A DNA stretch of 64,000 nt from contig CAZQEW010000001.1 in assembly GCA_964591495.1 (NCBI GenBank), positions 5,503-69,502 of the forward strand. The letters run 5' to 3'. A program made the position numbers and the translations under genes. Origin of the DNA: an uncultured Klebsiella sp. (GTDB lineage: Bacteria > Verrucomicrobiota > Verrucomicrobiia > Limisphaerales > SXTU01). The notes beneath the pieces were generated by a model, which searched no databases, was not told the origin of the DNA, and was given only the letters and a program-made list of their open reading frames with translations. Each line of letters opens with the position of its first letter. Position 1 is the stretch's first letter. Below, one piece after another: positions 62,313 to 64,000 of the stretch.

Positions 62313-63611
62313 TCACTTGACCTCCGGCTTCAGCACGGGCCGCGTCGCATCGATGCCCCATACGATCACGCTGTAGAGAAACAGCGAGCCCGCACACAAC
62401 AGGAACACGTTGCGTTGGCCGGTGCCGCCCTGCTTGCCCAGTTCGAGCATGTAAGGCACGAGCATTGAGATGGCCGACGCGCCGAAGTTTCCCCACATGT
62501 TGCCCCAGCCGAAGGCCGCCGCCGTCGCACGGCCGCCTACATCCTGCATGAACGCCCAGATCGCCGGGTTGCCCATGTCCACGGCAAAGGAGACGACGCA
62601 GCAGCAGGCCACCACGCCCCAAGCCGAATCCAGCTGCAGGCAGACCACATACGCCGCGCCCGCCACCAAGCCGGAGAGGCTCATCGGGAGCACACGCCCC
62701 CAGCGCAGGCCCAGCCGCCGCACGCTCAAGTCGGCCACCCAGCCACCCGCGAGCTGTCCGAACATGCCAAAGGCGAGCACCAGCGTAACCATGCGCCCGC
62801 CCTGCAAGTCCTCGACGTGCTTTTGCTCTTTGAGATACGTCGGCAGCCAGGTCACGAGAAAGGCCCAGCCAATGTTGACCAGCATCTGGCCGGCGGCGTT
62901 GAGCCACAGGTTCCGGCTGCGGCAGAACGCGCCGAGCATGCCCAGCAGCTCGCCGGTGGGGATGGGCTTCTCCACCGGCGGTTCGCCGATGAGCTTGCGC
63001 TCCGCCTCATTGCAGTCGGGATGTTCTTGGGGCCGATCGCGGACGATGTGCCAGTAGAGCGCGGCGATGATCAAACCCACAACGCAGTCCACATAGAGCG
63101 GCCGCCGCCAGTGGCCCAGCTCAATCACCATCCAGGCGGTGAGAAACGGGGCAAGCGTTCCGCCAATGCGTCCGCCGAAGGCGACCAACGCGCTGGACCG
63201 CGCGCGGGCCTGCAACGGAATCCAGCGGCGAATGATCGCGCCGCTGGTTGGATAGGCACCTGCCTCCGCCGCTCCGCAGAGCAGCCGCATGACGAGCAGC
63301 CCGGTGCAGCTGGACATGAGGCCGGTCATGCCCGTGAACACCGACCAGAGGACAATGTAGGCCGTGAGCATCCTACGCGCGCCGAAGCGGTCGCTGGCCC
63401 AGCCGGTGGGGACTTGGAACAGGGCATAGGAGAAGAAGAACGCGCCGAGGATGCGTCCGATCTCCTCTTTCGACAGCGGCACGTCTGATTTGAACGACGC
63501 CGACTTCACGATTTCAGCGAGACAAATCCGGTCGAGGTAGAGGATGAACGCCATCAACATGCTGACGGCGATGATGCGGTGGCGGACGTTCGTGGGGTGA
63601 TCCGAGGACAT
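62313..63611 (-). CDS. MFS transporter (anion:cation symporter / hexuronate-type)
   Basis: ORF 62313..63611. It is a 12-TM pattern, with N-terminal blocks LYLDRICLAE..., GWASDRFGARR (MFS motif A-like). Confidence 0.85.
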   Translation of the reverse strand: MSSDHPTNVRHRIIAVSMLMAFILYLDRICLAEIVKSASFKSDVPLSKEEIGRILGAFFFSYALFQVPTGWASDRFGARRMLTAYIVLWSVFTGMTGLMSSCTGLLVMRLLCGAAEAGAYPTSGAIIRRWIPLQARARSSALVAFGGRIGGTLAPFLTAWMVIELGHWRRPLYVDCVVGLIIAALYWHIVRDRPQEHPDCNEAERKLIGEPPVEKPIPTGELLGMLGAFCRSRNLWLNAAGQMLVNIGWAFLVTWLPTYLKEQKHVEDLQGGRMVTLVLAFGMFGQLAGGWVADLSVRRLGLRWGRVLPMSLSGLVAGAAYVVCLQLDSAWGVVACCCVVSFAVDMGNPAIWAFMQDVGGRATAAAFGWGNMWGNFGASAISMLVPYMLELGKQGGTGQRNVFLLCAGSLFLYSVIVWGIDATRPVLKPEVK

Positions 63612-63636
63612 GAAGAGTGGGTGTCGGGCGTGCGCT

Positions 63637-64000
63637 TCAGGATTGGCTGGGAACTCGGACGAATTTCTCCGCTGCCTGCATCAAACCGCGCATGTAGCCG
63701 TAGGCAAAGAGCCGGCCCAACATGGTGTAGCCCGGTTCGCCGTCGTCCTCACCGATGAGTTGTGGGACATGGTCGGGCCGCATCGGGCCGGCGAAGCCCG
63801 CCTCGCGATACGCAGCCATCGCGGCGACCATGTCCGTCGGGCCGTTGTCGTGGAAGGTCTCGATGAAGTGCGCTGGCCCGGTGCCCCGCACATCGCGGAA
63901 GTGAACGTAGCGGATCTGTGGGCCAAGCCGGCGGATGGTTGCTGGGATGTCCACGCCCATCGCAGCAAAAGTGCCCTGACAAAAGCAAATGCCGTTGTGC
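63637..64000 (-). CDS. uxuA: Mannonate dehydratase, C-terminal part (5' end beyond window end)
   Basis: The track ORF 63637..63960 continues open to the window edge in the same frame (..HNGICFCQGTFAAMGVDIPATIRRLGPQIRYVHFRDVRG...FHDNGPTDMVAAMAAYREAGFAGPMRPDHVP...GYMRGL), matching the UxuA C-terminus. Confidence 0.8.
   Translation of the reverse strand, partial: HNGICFCQGTFAAMGVDIPATIRRLGPQIRYVHFRDVRGTGPAHFIETFHDNGPTDMVAAMAAYREAGFAGPMRPDHVPQLIGEDDGEPGYTMLGRLFAYGYMRGLMQAAEKFVRVPSQS

Noticed and set aside
1-64000. I searched by eye for tRNA, rRNA or tmRNA genes, IS elements or transposases, integrases, and phage or defence islands.
   Set aside because: I found no T-loop/acceptor patterns, no rRNA-like conserved tracts, no terminal inverted repeats flanking transposase-like ORFs and no recombinase motifs. 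A tRNAscan-SE, Infernal or ISfinder run would be needed to exclude them formally.

Overview
This is a GC-rich chromosomal window (roughly mid-60s % by eye, not computed). I found no rRNA, tRNA, CRISPR array or recognisable IS/transposase. The gene content includes a sulfatase, a PmoA/DUF6807-like protein, ThuA, Gfo/Idh/MocA, LpxI/WaaA, and a full peptidoglycan set with FtsZ. From this I infer a PVC-superphylum genome, most likely Verrucomicrobiota. The centrepiece is a complete division/cell-wall (dcw) cluster on the + strand, running from mraZ (11.7 kb) to ftsZ (32.6 kb): mraZ-orf-rsmH-ftsL-ftsI-orf-murE-orf-SIMPL-orf-murF-orf-mraY-murD-LysM-ftsW-murG-murB-ddl-ftsQ-ftsA-ftsZ. The cluster is unusual in several ways. 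(i) Five phased GTGGG (MraZ-box-like) repeats lie in an AT-rich islet upstream of mraZ. (ii) From mraZ to murD (about 11.8 kb) no gap exceeds 18 nt, because every space between canonical genes is filled by a small unannotatable ORF (21-182 aa) joined by TGATG/TAATG/taaATG junctions. (iii) A SIMPL-domain gene sits between murE and murF, and a bitopic double-LysM gene sits between murD and ftsW. (iv) FtsI carries an insertion of about 80 aa made of 'TN' repeats. (v) murC is absent. Flanking regions hold housekeeping and accessory genes: glsA-STAS, a glcD-like gene, a CNNM hemolysin, an esterase, a sulfatase, a PduO-type adenosyltransferase, a ribD-C reductase, queA, prolyl oligopeptidase, a UPF0175/DUF3368 toxin-antitoxin pair, a methyltransferase/YqhA/methyltransferase-GT2 operon, topoisomerase III followed by a low-GC orphan gene, an SDR, a flavoprotein disulfide reductase with a 2-Cys peroxiredoxin, a YdeP-like molybdoenzyme, bioB, waaA, a zinc-ribbon Ser/Thr kinase, a ThuA-rhodanese fusion, lpxI, a Sel1-repeat protein, pgk-tpiA-secG, an OppA-like lipoprotein, an MFS transporter and uxuA. 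All family calls come from motifs I recognised by eye in the translations. No database search was run.
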